Below are positions 1 to 8,736 of a DNA stretch of 64,000 nt, piece by piece. The first letter of the stretch is position 1. Each line of letters opens with the position of its first letter. The notes beneath the pieces were generated by a model. That model saw only the letters and a list, made by a program, of their open reading frames with translations, did not search any database and was not told the origin of the DNA. The stretch is from Bacteroidales bacterium. Its GTDB lineage: Bacteria > Bacteroidota > Bacteroidia > Bacteroidales > NBLH01. The position numbers and the translations under genes were made by a program. The stretch lies in assembly GCA_016937695.1 (NCBI GenBank), contig JAFGWC010000047.1, positions 11,529 through 75,528 of the forward strand, written 5' to 3'.

Positions 1-1
1 A

Positions 2-1252
2 ACAGGTAAATTTATTCTGACTTTATTTGAAGAAAAAAATTCGAAATATGTTGAACCTGAGCACGATATGATTTTCCTAAAATCAAATCTAAACCAATTT
101 TTATGGTATAGCGAAAGAGATGGTTTTGACCATTTATATTTATATGATACTTCAGAAAAACTAATAAAACAAGTAACTAAAGGAAATTGGGTTGTTACTG
201 ATTTTCTTGGATTTGATAAAGATGAAAAAAATATTTTTATCAGCTCTACTGCTGTTAGTCCAATTGAAAGACATACTTATATGGTAAATCTGAAATCGGG
301 AAAAATGCTGCAATTAACAAAAGAAAAAGGTACTCATAGTGTACAAATAAACAAAGCCAGTACTTTTATTTTAGATAGCTACACAAGCACTACTGTTCCA
401 CGAAAAGTTATTTTAAATGATATAAAAGGAAAATTAAATAAAGAAATTTTTAGTTCAGAAAACCCAATTAAAGATTACAAAATTGGTGAAATGACAATAA
501 GTACTTTAAAATCTGCTGATGGTAAAACAGATTTGTATTATCGAATGATTAAACCTGTTAATTTTGACCCTAACAAAAAATATCCTGTTATTGTTTATGT
601 TTATGGAGGTCCTCATGCTCAACTAGTTACAAATTCTTGGCTAGGTGGAACCGGACATTGGGATTATTTTATGGCAACCGAAGGATATATTATGTTTACT
701 CTTGATAACAGAGGCTCAGCAAACAGAGGTTTTGAATTTGAAAGTGTAATTCACAGATATTGCGGACAAAATGAAATGGCCGATCAAATGAAAGGAATAG
801 AATTTCTTAAAAGTCTTCCTTATGTAGATCAAGATAGAATTGGTGTTGACGGCTGGAGTTACGGTGGTTTTATGACAACTTCTTTAATGTTAAATCATCC
901 GGAAACCTTTAAAGTTGGTGTTGCTGGCGGCCCTGTTATCGATTGGAAATATTACGAAGTAATGTATGGCGAAAGATATATGGACACGCCACAAGACAAT
1001 CCTGATGGCTATGAAAAAACAAGCTTATTAAATAAAGCTGATAAACTTGAAGGCAGATTATTGATTATTCATGGAACAGTTGATCCTGTTGTAGTATGGC
1101 AAAATAGTCTCGATTTTATAAATAAATGCATTAAAAACGATAAACAAGTTGATTATTTTGTTTATCCAGGTCATGAACACAACGTAAGAGGAAAAGACAG
1201 AGTACATTTAATGAAAAAAATCACACGTTATTTTGATGATTTTTTGAAATAA
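2..1252 (+). CDS. Dipeptidyl-peptidase IV / S9B prolyl-oligopeptidase-family serine peptidase, C-terminal part (5' end lies outside the window)
   Basis: The frame is open from nt 2 with no stop, so the listed Met at 68 is internal. It has the GWSYGG nucleophile motif, later IHGTVDPVV (Asp) and GHEHN (His), and a propeller-like region before the alpha/beta-hydrolase domain. Confidence 0.85.
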   Translation, partial: TGKFILTLFEEKNSKYVEPEHDMIFLKSNLNQFLWYSERDGFDHLYLYDTSEKLIKQVTKGNWVVTDFLGFDKDEKNIFISSTAVSPIERHTYMVNLKSGKMLQLTKEKGTHSVQINKASTFILDSYTSTTVPRKVILNDIKGKLNKEIFSSENPIKDYKIGEMTISTLKSADGKTDLYYRMIKPVNFDPNKKYPVIVYVYGGPHAQLVTNSWLGGTGHWDYFMATEGYIMFTLDNRGSANRGFEFESVIHRYCGQNEMADQMKGIEFLKSLPYVDQDRIGVDGWSYGGFMTTSLMLNHPETFKVGVAGGPVIDWKYYEVMYGERYMDTPQDNPDGYEKTSLLNKADKLEGRLLIIHGTVDPVVVWQNSLDFINKCIKNDKQVDYFVYPGHEHNVRGKDRVHLMKKITRYFDDFLK

Positions 1253-1290
1253 TATTTTAGCAATAGAAAGTCTGAAAAGTTAACACAATT

Positions 1291-1323
1291 AAAAAACACG
1301 CATTAAATAATGCGTGTTTTTTT
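1291..1323. terminator. Bidirectional intrinsic terminator between the convergent peptidase and GH13 genes
   Basis: An 11-bp stem AACACGCATTA / TAATGCGTGTT flanked by an A-run and a T-run. Confidence 0.85.
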
Positions 1324-1331
1324 AATAAAAA

Positions 1332-1349
1332 CTAATTAAAAACCTAAAC
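1332..1349 (-). repeat. Third, weaker copy of the terminator-proximal motif (GTTTAGGTTTTTAATTAG) in the 3' UTR of the T9SS GH13 gene
   Basis: It overlaps the last base of the TAG stop and is followed 14 nt later by the terminator hairpin at 1295-1318. Confidence 0.4.
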
Positions 1350-4141
1350 TATTCAACAATAAAACTCATATTTTGCTTAAAATCAACACAATAAACACTC
1401 ATATAATAAATTCCGGGAGATAACTTTCTTCCATTATTTTCAATTAAATTTAATCTTATTTTACTATTCCCTGAATTTATTTCAGCCACTTTCACATTTT
1501 CAAGTTTTTTCCCAGAAATATCATAAATATCAATAAAAATATTTTTTAAATCTTTACTTGAATTAATTTCAATATTTACAAAATCACTAGCAGGATTAGG
1601 AAATATTTTAATATTTTCAGTTGCAATATTATTATCATTCATATTTTCAATATCATCAACAATATCAGGAGTCTGTAATTTAACTGTAGTATATAGCCTA
1701 TATTCGCCAGGTGCTAAATCAATTGTTGAATTTACATTTGATACATCAATTTCATCACCGCTAAAATATTCATACCATTTACCTGTATTTTGAAAATTTG
1801 GATTTATACTAATATATCTAACATCAAAATTGCCCAAAACAGTAACTTTCATGTCGCTTCCATTCAAGTGAATGCTTTTATGAGAACCAACAATATCAAT
1901 TGTAAAATCAGAAGTTTCAAAAACATCATGCTCTTTTTTCAAATTAATTAATGCACTATACGTTTGATATAATCTATATCTGTTTTCTACACCATAATAA
2001 TCCCATTTAACTGGCTTTTTACCAGTTCTTCCATTATAATCTATACTATAATCGTAACCCAATTCGCTAAATTGCCACATCATTTTAGGTCCTGGAATTG
2101 TAAAAAAGAAAAGCGCATCTAACTCCATTCTCGCTAATGCAGTATTAATTTCTTTTGTATTGTATGAGCTGGAATAATTTCCATAATGTAATGTTCTATA
2201 CATAAGTCGCTCTTCATCATGACTTTCCATATATGTTACCAAATGTTTATCTGTCCATGTTCTTGATAAGTATGATGCCCAAGACAAATCAGAATTAGCA
2301 TTATCTGTCCATCCCATTGCAGCTTCGCTGTATTTTTCATTCATATTTCCCCACAATAACAAACCATAAGCTGACAACTCTTTTTCTTCAGAATTATCAG
2401 TCAAATGTTCTAAAATTACATATGCATCAGAATTTACCGAAATTATCTTATCATACATTCTTTTCAAAATCGAAATTCGTGAAGCATCATAAGCCCATCC
2501 ATCACCAATTGTATTAGTAAATCCTTTTGTAAAATCAAATCTAAATCCATCAAATTTATATTCTGTTAACCAATATTCATTAACTCTATCAATAAAGTTT
2601 TGAGTGTATATACTAGTGTGATCAAAATCATAACCCCATGAATATGAAGTATTTGGCGAATCAACATTATACCATGGATTTTCGCTAGTAACTTTCCATG
2701 TATTTTTATCAAGATATAATTGTACTAATGGCGATTGACCGTAAGAATGATTTAAAACTATATCCATTATCACAGCAATACCATTTTGATGACAAACATC
2801 TATAAATTCTTTTAATTTATTTTTTGTGCCATAGGCCTTGTCTGGGGCAAAATAAAATGAAGGATTATAACCCCAACTAATATTTCCTTCAAATTCATTA
2901 ATAGGCATTAATTCTATTGCATTTACACCTAATCTTACTAAATATTGAATAGTATCAACTAAAGTTTGATAATCTTCTGCTTCGGTATAATTACCAACCC
3001 AAAGTTCATAAACAACTAAATCTTCAACTTTTGGTGATGTAAAATCATTTACCTGCCAGTTATAAGATACTTGATTTGTTTGAAAAACAGATGCAATTCC
3101 TTCGGTTTTTCCTGTAGGATATTCAATTAAATCAGGATAAACATCATTTACAATATAATGATCCATCCAAGGATCAGAAGTTTTTTCAGTATAAGGATCA
3201 GCAATTCTAATATCCTCATCTACAAGATATTGGAAAATATATTCTTGTCCTGATGTTAAACCGCTTAAAGTAATCCAATATCTCATTTCAGGGTCTGAAG
3301 CATTACTTGTAGTTCTTTTCATTAAATAAGCAGTATTTATTTCCCAATTATTAAAATCACCAATAGCATAAACACTAGTTTTAAATGGAGCGTGTAAAAC
3401 TAGTGTAACTGTTGTACTATTAATATAATTTATTCCATCAATAACACCAACAGGTAGAGCTTCTACAACTGAAACTTCTCTGACAATATAATGTCTAATA
3501 TCTTCAACACTTGAAGTAGCATCACTAGCAATAACTTTAATTTCATGAGTTCCACTTGCAGCAGCTGTAATGTTATGTATAAAACTTAATTCAGTTGTTG
3601 AATAATTAAATACATCATCAATATAAACTTCAACTTGGTCTGCAAAGCTGGCAGCAACTTGTATATCAAAACTACCATTGGCATCAACAAAAATATATTC
3701 TTCTTCAGGTTGTGTAATTGCTAATGCTAAGCCTTCTTCAAATACATCAACAAAAAAATCCGTAGTTTGAGGAGTTCCTGTCGAACTTCTAAAAACAAAA
3801 CATAATTCAGTTACAACATCACCATCTCCAACATTATAAAAACCATTTATAGAAGGAATTACATCCAGCTCATATAAATCTGTTCCTATTCTTGTAAGTT
3901 TTGGCTGTGTTGTATTATTTCCCCATGTTCCAATAACATTTGCCCAACTAACACCATCAATTGTAACTCCTGTATGTGCATATACATCACCTGTATATCC
4001 TTCCAATCCTGTTCCAATAGCATTAAATTTAATAGTAACTGCAGCATTTTGTGTTGGTAAACTTGGATTAGTTGTAATAGTTTGAGAAAAAGATATATTA
4101 GTAAAATAAATTGCTAATAAAATTGAGAATAATGTTTTCAT
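1349..4141 (-). CDS. Secreted GH13 alpha-glucan hydrolase (CBM48/E-set-like module plus catalytic domain) with a type-A T9SS C-terminal sorting domain
   Basis: The signal peptide ends SFS|Q. There is an AIGDFNNWE...YWITLSGL CBM48-like segment and GH13 regions DIVLNHS, GFRFDFTKG, VILEH and YMESHDE. The C-terminus KIFPNPASDFVNIEI...GIYYMSVY is typical of the Por secretion tail. Confidence 0.85.
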   Translation of the reverse strand: MKTLFSILLAIYFTNISFSQTITTNPSLPTQNAAVTIKFNAIGTGLEGYTGDVYAHTGVTIDGVSWANVIGTWGNNTTQPKLTRIGTDLYELDVIPSINGFYNVGDGDVVTELCFVFRSSTGTPQTTDFFVDVFEEGLALAITQPEEEYIFVDANGSFDIQVAASFADQVEVYIDDVFNYSTTELSFIHNITAAASGTHEIKVIASDATSSVEDIRHYIVREVSVVEALPVGVIDGINYINSTTVTLVLHAPFKTSVYAIGDFNNWEINTAYLMKRTTSNASDPEMRYWITLSGLTSGQEYIFQYLVDEDIRIADPYTEKTSDPWMDHYIVNDVYPDLIEYPTGKTEGIASVFQTNQVSYNWQVNDFTSPKVEDLVVYELWVGNYTEAEDYQTLVDTIQYLVRLGVNAIELMPINEFEGNISWGYNPSFYFAPDKAYGTKNKLKEFIDVCHQNGIAVIMDIVLNHSYGQSPLVQLYLDKNTWKVTSENPWYNVDSPNTSYSWGYDFDHTSIYTQNFIDRVNEYWLTEYKFDGFRFDFTKGFTNTIGDGWAYDASRISILKRMYDKIISVNSDAYVILEHLTDNSEEKELSAYGLLLWGNMNEKYSEAAMGWTDNANSDLSWASYLSRTWTDKHLVTYMESHDEERLMYRTLHYGNYSSSYNTKEINTALARMELDALFFFTIPGPKMMWQFSELGYDYSIDYNGRTGKKPVKWDYYGVENRYRLYQTYSALINLKKEHDVFETSDFTIDIVGSHKSIHLNGSDMKVTVLGNFDVRYISINPNFQNTGKWYEYFSGDEIDVSNVNSTIDLAPGEYRLYTTVKLQTPDIVDDIENMNDNNIATENIKIFPNPASDFVNIEINSSKDLKNIFIDIYDISGKKLENVKVAEINSGNSKIRLNLIENNGRKLSPGIYYMSVYCVDFKQNMSFIVE

Positions 4142-4172
4142 CAGAATATAATTTAATTGTTTTTATTTGGGC

Positions 4173-4269
4173 TCAAGGAACACCCTGACAATTTATCAAG
4201 GAATTTAGAGTCATCAAATGCTATAATATTAATCGTGTTTGTGCTTGTGCACTATCATGGGTGTTTCAT
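4173..4269 (-). promoter_or_regulatory. Conserved bipartite leader element, copy C
   Basis: Coding strand reads ATGAAACACCCATG, then 70 nt, then GGGTGTTCCTTGA, then 31 nt, then ATG of the T9SS GH13 gene. The A-rich tract AAATAAAAACAATTAAA aligns with copy A. Confidence 0.55.
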
Positions 4270-4299
4270 CTTTTGTATTTTTAATCATCTAAAATATTT

Positions 4300-4332
4300 A
4301 AACTTAGCAAGCCATAAAGACTTGCTAAGTTT
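4300..4332. other. Second hairpin (12-bp stem AAACTTAGCAAG / CTTGCTAAGTTT) between the SusF-like terminator and leader copy C
   Basis: The inverted repeat was read directly. No clear T-run follows on either strand. Confidence 0.5.
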
Positions 4333-4376
4333 AAATTTAAGCATTTTATTTAAAATACGTAATAATACATAAATAT

Positions 4377-4405
4377 AGAAAAGCCCATGAAATATGGGCT
4401 TTTCT
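4377..4405 (-). terminator. Intrinsic terminator after the SusF-like gene
   Basis: A 12-bp stem AGAAAAGCCCAT / ATGGGCTTTTCT with a 5-nt loop, 12 nt after the stop codon. Confidence 0.8.
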
Positions 4406-4416
4406 ATATAATTTAA

Positions 4417-5991
4417 CTATGGAGTAACACTACCAGTTCCTGTTCTAAAATTAAGCGAAATTGTTTGTCCAACTGTAACCGGGTATGCAGCAGGATCACC
4501 ACCATTTCCTCGAAATACAATATCATCATCAGTCCCATCAACATATAACATATTTACTTCTGCTCGCCACCAATCTCCTCCTAAATTCATGGTAGTTGCA
4601 TTAGCATACATTCTAAGATTGCTGCTACCTGAAACACTAACAAATTTGATGATTTCATTATCGTTATCAACTGTAAATGGATTTGCACCCATAGTCCAAT
4701 TTCCAAATACATCGCCCATTCCAAAAACTTGTGGTATAGTAACTTGTACAGTATTATTTTTCAAGTCAACAACAACCATATAATATCCTGCTGTACCAGG
4801 AACTGGAACATTATCACCACCTTTTGCATAAACACCATCGGCATCAGGAGTTCCTGTTATACCAAAATCACCACCACTCCATGCAGCTTGAGGTGCAAAT
4901 TTAAAACTTCCACCATCAAGCATCCAAACTATTTTCCAAAATAATTCAGGATGTCCATTTACAGGTATTAGTTTAAGTTCAGGAGTCCATCCCCAGCTAT
5001 TATCTAAACCATCACCAGTCATATATAATTCAGAAGGATATGTTGCAAACTCCATATCATCACCATAAGCAGTACCTATACTATTTGTAGCATAAGCTCT
5101 AGCATGATAAGTAGTATTTGCGATTAATCCTGTTATGTCAACTTCAAATGCACCAATAGTTCCTGCACTGGTTACGGTATTATCGCCAATTGTTGGATTT
5201 GCACTAATTCCCCAGCATATTCCCCTTTCGGTAATTGCTGCACCACCATCATAAGTAACTTCTCCACTGGCTTTTGCAGTTGTTTCTTCTGCTGTTGCTG
5301 TATTAGAAGTAACAACTGGGATTCCTGCAAGAGTTGTAAAAGAAAGTTCATCACTATATGTAGTTCCAGACTCATTAGTAGCATAAGCACGAACGTAATA
5401 TGTAGTTGCACTAATTAAATCTGTTAATGAACTAACAAATACTCCTATTCCTGTTCCATCTTCAGTCTTAAAATCTTCAGTTGTTGGAGTTGCACTTGTA
5501 CTCCAACATACACCTGCTTTAATTGTACCACCACCATCATTAGTTACATTTCCACCTGTAGTTGCAGTAATATCTGTAATATCTGTAATTTCTGCAATAG
5601 TAACCACAGGCAATCTTATTCCCGAAACAAAACTCATTGTATCTCCATATAATGTTCCACCACTATGAATTGCATACGCTCTGTAGTAATATTTTTGCAT
5701 ATATTCAAGATTCGACATTTTTGCTACGATCTCAGCTCCATCTTTTTCAGCAATTGATTTGTTTGCGTCAACTGTTGGTAATTCATCAATACCAAAACAA
5801 ATACCTTGTTCTGTAATAGATTCACTACCTTGTATAACAAATCCATGGCCAACGGCTGTACTATCTGTAATATCACTTATTGTCAGTGTTTCAATTATCG
5901 GGATAACATCTGCCTCTTCCTTTTTACAAGCAACAAATAACATAGCAGCTACTAAGAAAAAGGCTAAGCTATTTAATATATTTTTTTTCAT
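4417..5991 (-). CDS. SusF-like surface starch-binding lipoprotein (three tandem ~95-aa modules plus a SusE/F-type C-terminal binding module)
   Basis: The internal Met (MKKNILNSLAFFLVAAMLFVAC) gives a lipobox, so the start is moved from 6024 to 5991. Modules repeat as GICFG / GVCWS / GICWG ... YY.RAYA.N..GT.YG. The C-terminal FKFAPQAAWSGGDFG resembles SusE/SusF starch-binding domains. It lies downstream of SusCDE. Confidence 0.7.
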   Translation of the reverse strand: MKKNILNSLAFFLVAAMLFVACKKEEADVIPIIETLTISDITDSTAVGHGFVIQGSESITEQGICFGIDELPTVDANKSIAEKDGAEIVAKMSNLEYMQKYYYRAYAIHSGGTLYGDTMSFVSGIRLPVVTIAEITDITDITATTGGNVTNDGGGTIKAGVCWSTSATPTTEDFKTEDGTGIGVFVSSLTDLISATTYYVRAYATNESGTTYSDELSFTTLAGIPVVTSNTATAEETTAKASGEVTYDGGAAITERGICWGISANPTIGDNTVTSAGTIGAFEVDITGLIANTTYHARAYATNSIGTAYGDDMEFATYPSELYMTGDGLDNSWGWTPELKLIPVNGHPELFWKIVWMLDGGSFKFAPQAAWSGGDFGITGTPDADGVYAKGGDNVPVPGTAGYYMVVVDLKNNTVQVTIPQVFGMGDVFGNWTMGANPFTVDNDNEIIKFVSVSGSSNLRMYANATTMNLGGDWWRAEVNMLYVDGTDDDIVFRGNGGDPAAYPVTVGQTISLNFRTGTGSVTP

Positions 5992-6065
5992 ATTTTTAAT
6001 TTTAAATTGTTTTTCAATTGTCATGCATAAAAGAAAATGACTTTAAATGCATGACAATCTTTATA

Positions 6066-7097
6066 TTAATGCACTTCTTCTATTGTGCAACTACTACCAT
6101 GTTCAGGAACAACTCCATTATCATAAGCTATCCACAACTTAATATCGTATGTACCTGCTGTAAGAACAATGTCTTGAGAAGCGCCATGATTTCTTAAATT
6201 TGTAAGATCAGGATTTGTATTATCATCAACACCTAAGTTAAATTCATTTCCCCAATCTTCGTTATGTCTAAATTTAAAACCACCATCAGGCATTACAATA
6301 GCATCTTTATACCAGAATTTGCCATCAACATCATAATCCATAGCAATGTCAGGAGCTCCCCATCCATTTACAACACCAACTATTCCTACAAGATATTTTC
6401 CATTATTCATTGTTAGTGCATTTATATCTGCTTCTAATTTGTACCAACCTGCTTCAACAACAGTAATAGCAGGACCTCCATCAGATATTATTGTTCCATT
6501 TCCTCCATAAGTAACTCCTGCATCTGGGTCAGTCATTGTAAAAGTAGCACCAGCTTCAAACTTAATAAAACCAACATATTTACCATCTCCTGCTGCAGAT
6601 TGAATTTTCTGACTGGTTACTCCATCAATATTAATATCCAGTCTAGGTAAACCATATGGTGTAATAGCAACAGAATATACATCTGAATAAACATCATCTA
6701 TTTCTCCATCAACACCAGCAACAACACGAATCTCTATATCAGAAGAGATATCTTCTTTGATTAAATCAAGTAATTTACTATTAAAATTAGAAACAGTTAT
6801 TTCAAAATTGTTTGAATAATTAGTGCTAATATTAATTGCATTTTCAAAATCATTACCTTCAATATCAGCTTGCAAAGTATATGTAACAAGAGCATCAAAA
6901 CCAAAATTAGCATCATTACCAGCAAATATAATAGTATCTGTAGCATTATCTCTATCAAGCACTATAGTTACTGGCATATCTGCTAAAGTTGGAGCAGTTG
7001 GGCTTGGGTCTAATATTGCCCTAGTTTCTTCTTTCTCACAGGCAAAAAAACCAAATATGCCTATTAAAGATATATATATTAAAATATTTTTTTTCAT
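6066..7097 (-). CDS. SusE-like surface lipoprotein
   Basis: Lipobox FGFFAC. The N-terminal SusE-type segment follows directly after SusD. The C-terminal GWGAPDIAM...GGFKFRHNEDWG module matches the one in the neighbouring SusF-like protein. Confidence 0.7.
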   Translation of the reverse strand: MKKNILIYISLIGIFGFFACEKEETRAILDPSPTAPTLADMPVTIVLDRDNATDTIIFAGNDANFGFDALVTYTLQADIEGNDFENAINISTNYSNNFEITVSNFNSKLLDLIKEDISSDIEIRVVAGVDGEIDDVYSDVYSVAITPYGLPRLDINIDGVTSQKIQSAAGDGKYVGFIKFEAGATFTMTDPDAGVTYGGNGTIISDGGPAITVVEAGWYKLEADINALTMNNGKYLVGIVGVVNGWGAPDIAMDYDVDGKFWYKDAIVMPDGGFKFRHNEDWGNEFNLGVDDNTNPDLTNLRNHGASQDIVLTAGTYDIKLWIAYDNGVVPEHGSSCTIEEVH

Positions 7098-7115
7098 TTT
7101 TTAATAATTAAAAAA

Positions 7116-8717
7116 TTAATAACCATCATTTTGTTTAATATTTGGATTAGCTGCGATTTCAGAAGCAGGAATTGGGAATAAATTTCTAAAGCTTCCAGAA
7201 GCTTGACCTTCCATAGTATTACCTTTCCATGCCCATAAATAATCTGAAGTCGTAAATTTGCCAAAACGAATTAAATCAGTACGTCTTACAGCTTCCCAAT
7301 ATAATTCTCGGCCTCTTTCGTCAAGAATAAAATCAAGATCAATACTTGTTAAAGCTGTATAATCAGCAGGATCAAAACGATATTCCCTTAGTGTGTTTAT
7401 GTCTGATAATGCAGATCCAACACTACCACTATTTCTCAATGTAGCCTCTGCTCTCATTAAATAAGCATCAGCTAAACGGAAAATAGGAAAATCAGTTGAC
7501 ATATGGTCTGAATGATAATTATCTGCTTGAGATCCATCTGATTTTAGATTTGTGAATTTACGAATTTGAATTCCATCAGTGAAAGTTCCAACATTTTGAA
7601 TATCCCAATTAGTAAGTAAAGAAATTAAAACTCTGTTATCAGGAACAGAATTATATAATGGGTCAGCAATGTTCATAGGATAAGCTAATGTATCTACTAA
7701 TACATTTATGAATTGTTTAGTTGAACGGTTTCCACCCCATCCGCCTTCAGTACCAACATCAGCAGGATAAACACCGTTACCTTCACCACCATTTCCGGTA
7801 GCAGCATGAATTATATAAGTTGTACCTCCATATGATTGAGTATAAACTCCATCATAAGCAATTGCAAATATCATTTCAGGACTTGTATGATTATCTGAAG
7901 AAAACATTCTTTGGTAATCTGAATCTAATTCATAAGCACCAGAATTAATAACTTTAGTCGAATAATCAATGCAACCTGTCCATTCAGGAGTTCCGGTATA
8001 CACGCCAGCATTTAAATATAATCTTGCCAACAGCATCCATGCAGCAGCTTTATCTGCTCTTGGATACATAAATCCAGGTTCACCAAGTTTAGTTTCAATA
8101 TCTAACAATTCGCTTTCGATAAAATCAAATAATTCTGTTCTAGTAGTTTGCTTTGGTAAAAAACTTCCAATTCCATCTTCTTCAGTTATAAAAGCAGGAT
8201 TACCATACATATCAATTGCATGAAAATAAGCTAAAGCTCTAAGAAAACGTGCTTCTGCATTATATTGTTGTACTGTTTCATCGGAATTACCAGCTGTATT
8301 TCTAATAAACTCATTACAGATTGTAACAGAATAAATTATACGGCTGTACATTGCATTATTAAATACATCAGTTGGAGACCAAGTATGCCAATGAAAATCT
8401 TTAATTGTTTGATCATTCCATGCGCAAAGAGCTTCATCTGTAGTCAACTCTTGAAGCATCCATAATGCGCGAGAATATACTCCAAAACCGGCATCAATTC
8501 CAGAAATATCGCTAGCGCCATTCACGCCGTCTTGACCAGGAATAGCAAAAGAAGCATAAAGTTTAGCTAAAGTTTGTTCCAAAGCATCAGGATTATCTGA
8601 TAAATTACTTGAGACAATAGTGTTTTTGTCAAGCGGTGTTACATCCAAATCCTTGACACATGAGCTAAAAAAAGCTCCTGTAAGTATTACAAATACTATG
8701 AATTTAATATATTTCAT
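7116..8717 (-). CDS. susD: SusD/RagB-family glycan-binding lipoprotein
   Basis: The internal Met MKYIKFIVFVILTGAFFSSC gives a lipobox, and start 8717 avoids overlap with susC. Size is ~530 aa, with helical TPR-like repeats (FLRALAYFH, YLMRAEA). It lies immediately downstream of the TonB-dependent SusC. Confidence 0.85.
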   Translation of the reverse strand: MKYIKFIVFVILTGAFFSSCVKDLDVTPLDKNTIVSSNLSDNPDALEQTLAKLYASFAIPGQDGVNGASDISGIDAGFGVYSRALWMLQELTTDEALCAWNDQTIKDFHWHTWSPTDVFNNAMYSRIIYSVTICNEFIRNTAGNSDETVQQYNAEARFLRALAYFHAIDMYGNPAFITEEDGIGSFLPKQTTRTELFDFIESELLDIETKLGEPGFMYPRADKAAAWMLLARLYLNAGVYTGTPEWTGCIDYSTKVINSGAYELDSDYQRMFSSDNHTSPEMIFAIAYDGVYTQSYGGTTYIIHAATGNGGEGNGVYPADVGTEGGWGGNRSTKQFINVLVDTLAYPMNIADPLYNSVPDNRVLISLLTNWDIQNVGTFTDGIQIRKFTNLKSDGSQADNYHSDHMSTDFPIFRLADAYLMRAEATLRNSGSVGSALSDINTLREYRFDPADYTALTSIDLDFILDERGRELYWEAVRRTDLIRFGKFTTSDYLWAWKGNTMEGQASGSFRNLFPIPASEIAANPNIKQNDGY

Positions 8718-8736
8718 AACAATAAATATTTTAAAA

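Noticed and set aside
2317-8465. Short ORFs from the six-frame track that lie antisense or out of frame inside the GH13, SusF-like, SusE-like and SusD genes: 2317-2517, 4157-4372, 4589-4783, 4729-4944, 5172-5411, 5759-6040, 6823-7104, 7969-8223 and 8265-8465.
   Set aside because: They are fully embedded in long, motif-supported genes on the other strand or frame. Their translations are low-complexity or hydrophobic, as expected from AT-rich antisense sequence. None has an independent start context or terminator.
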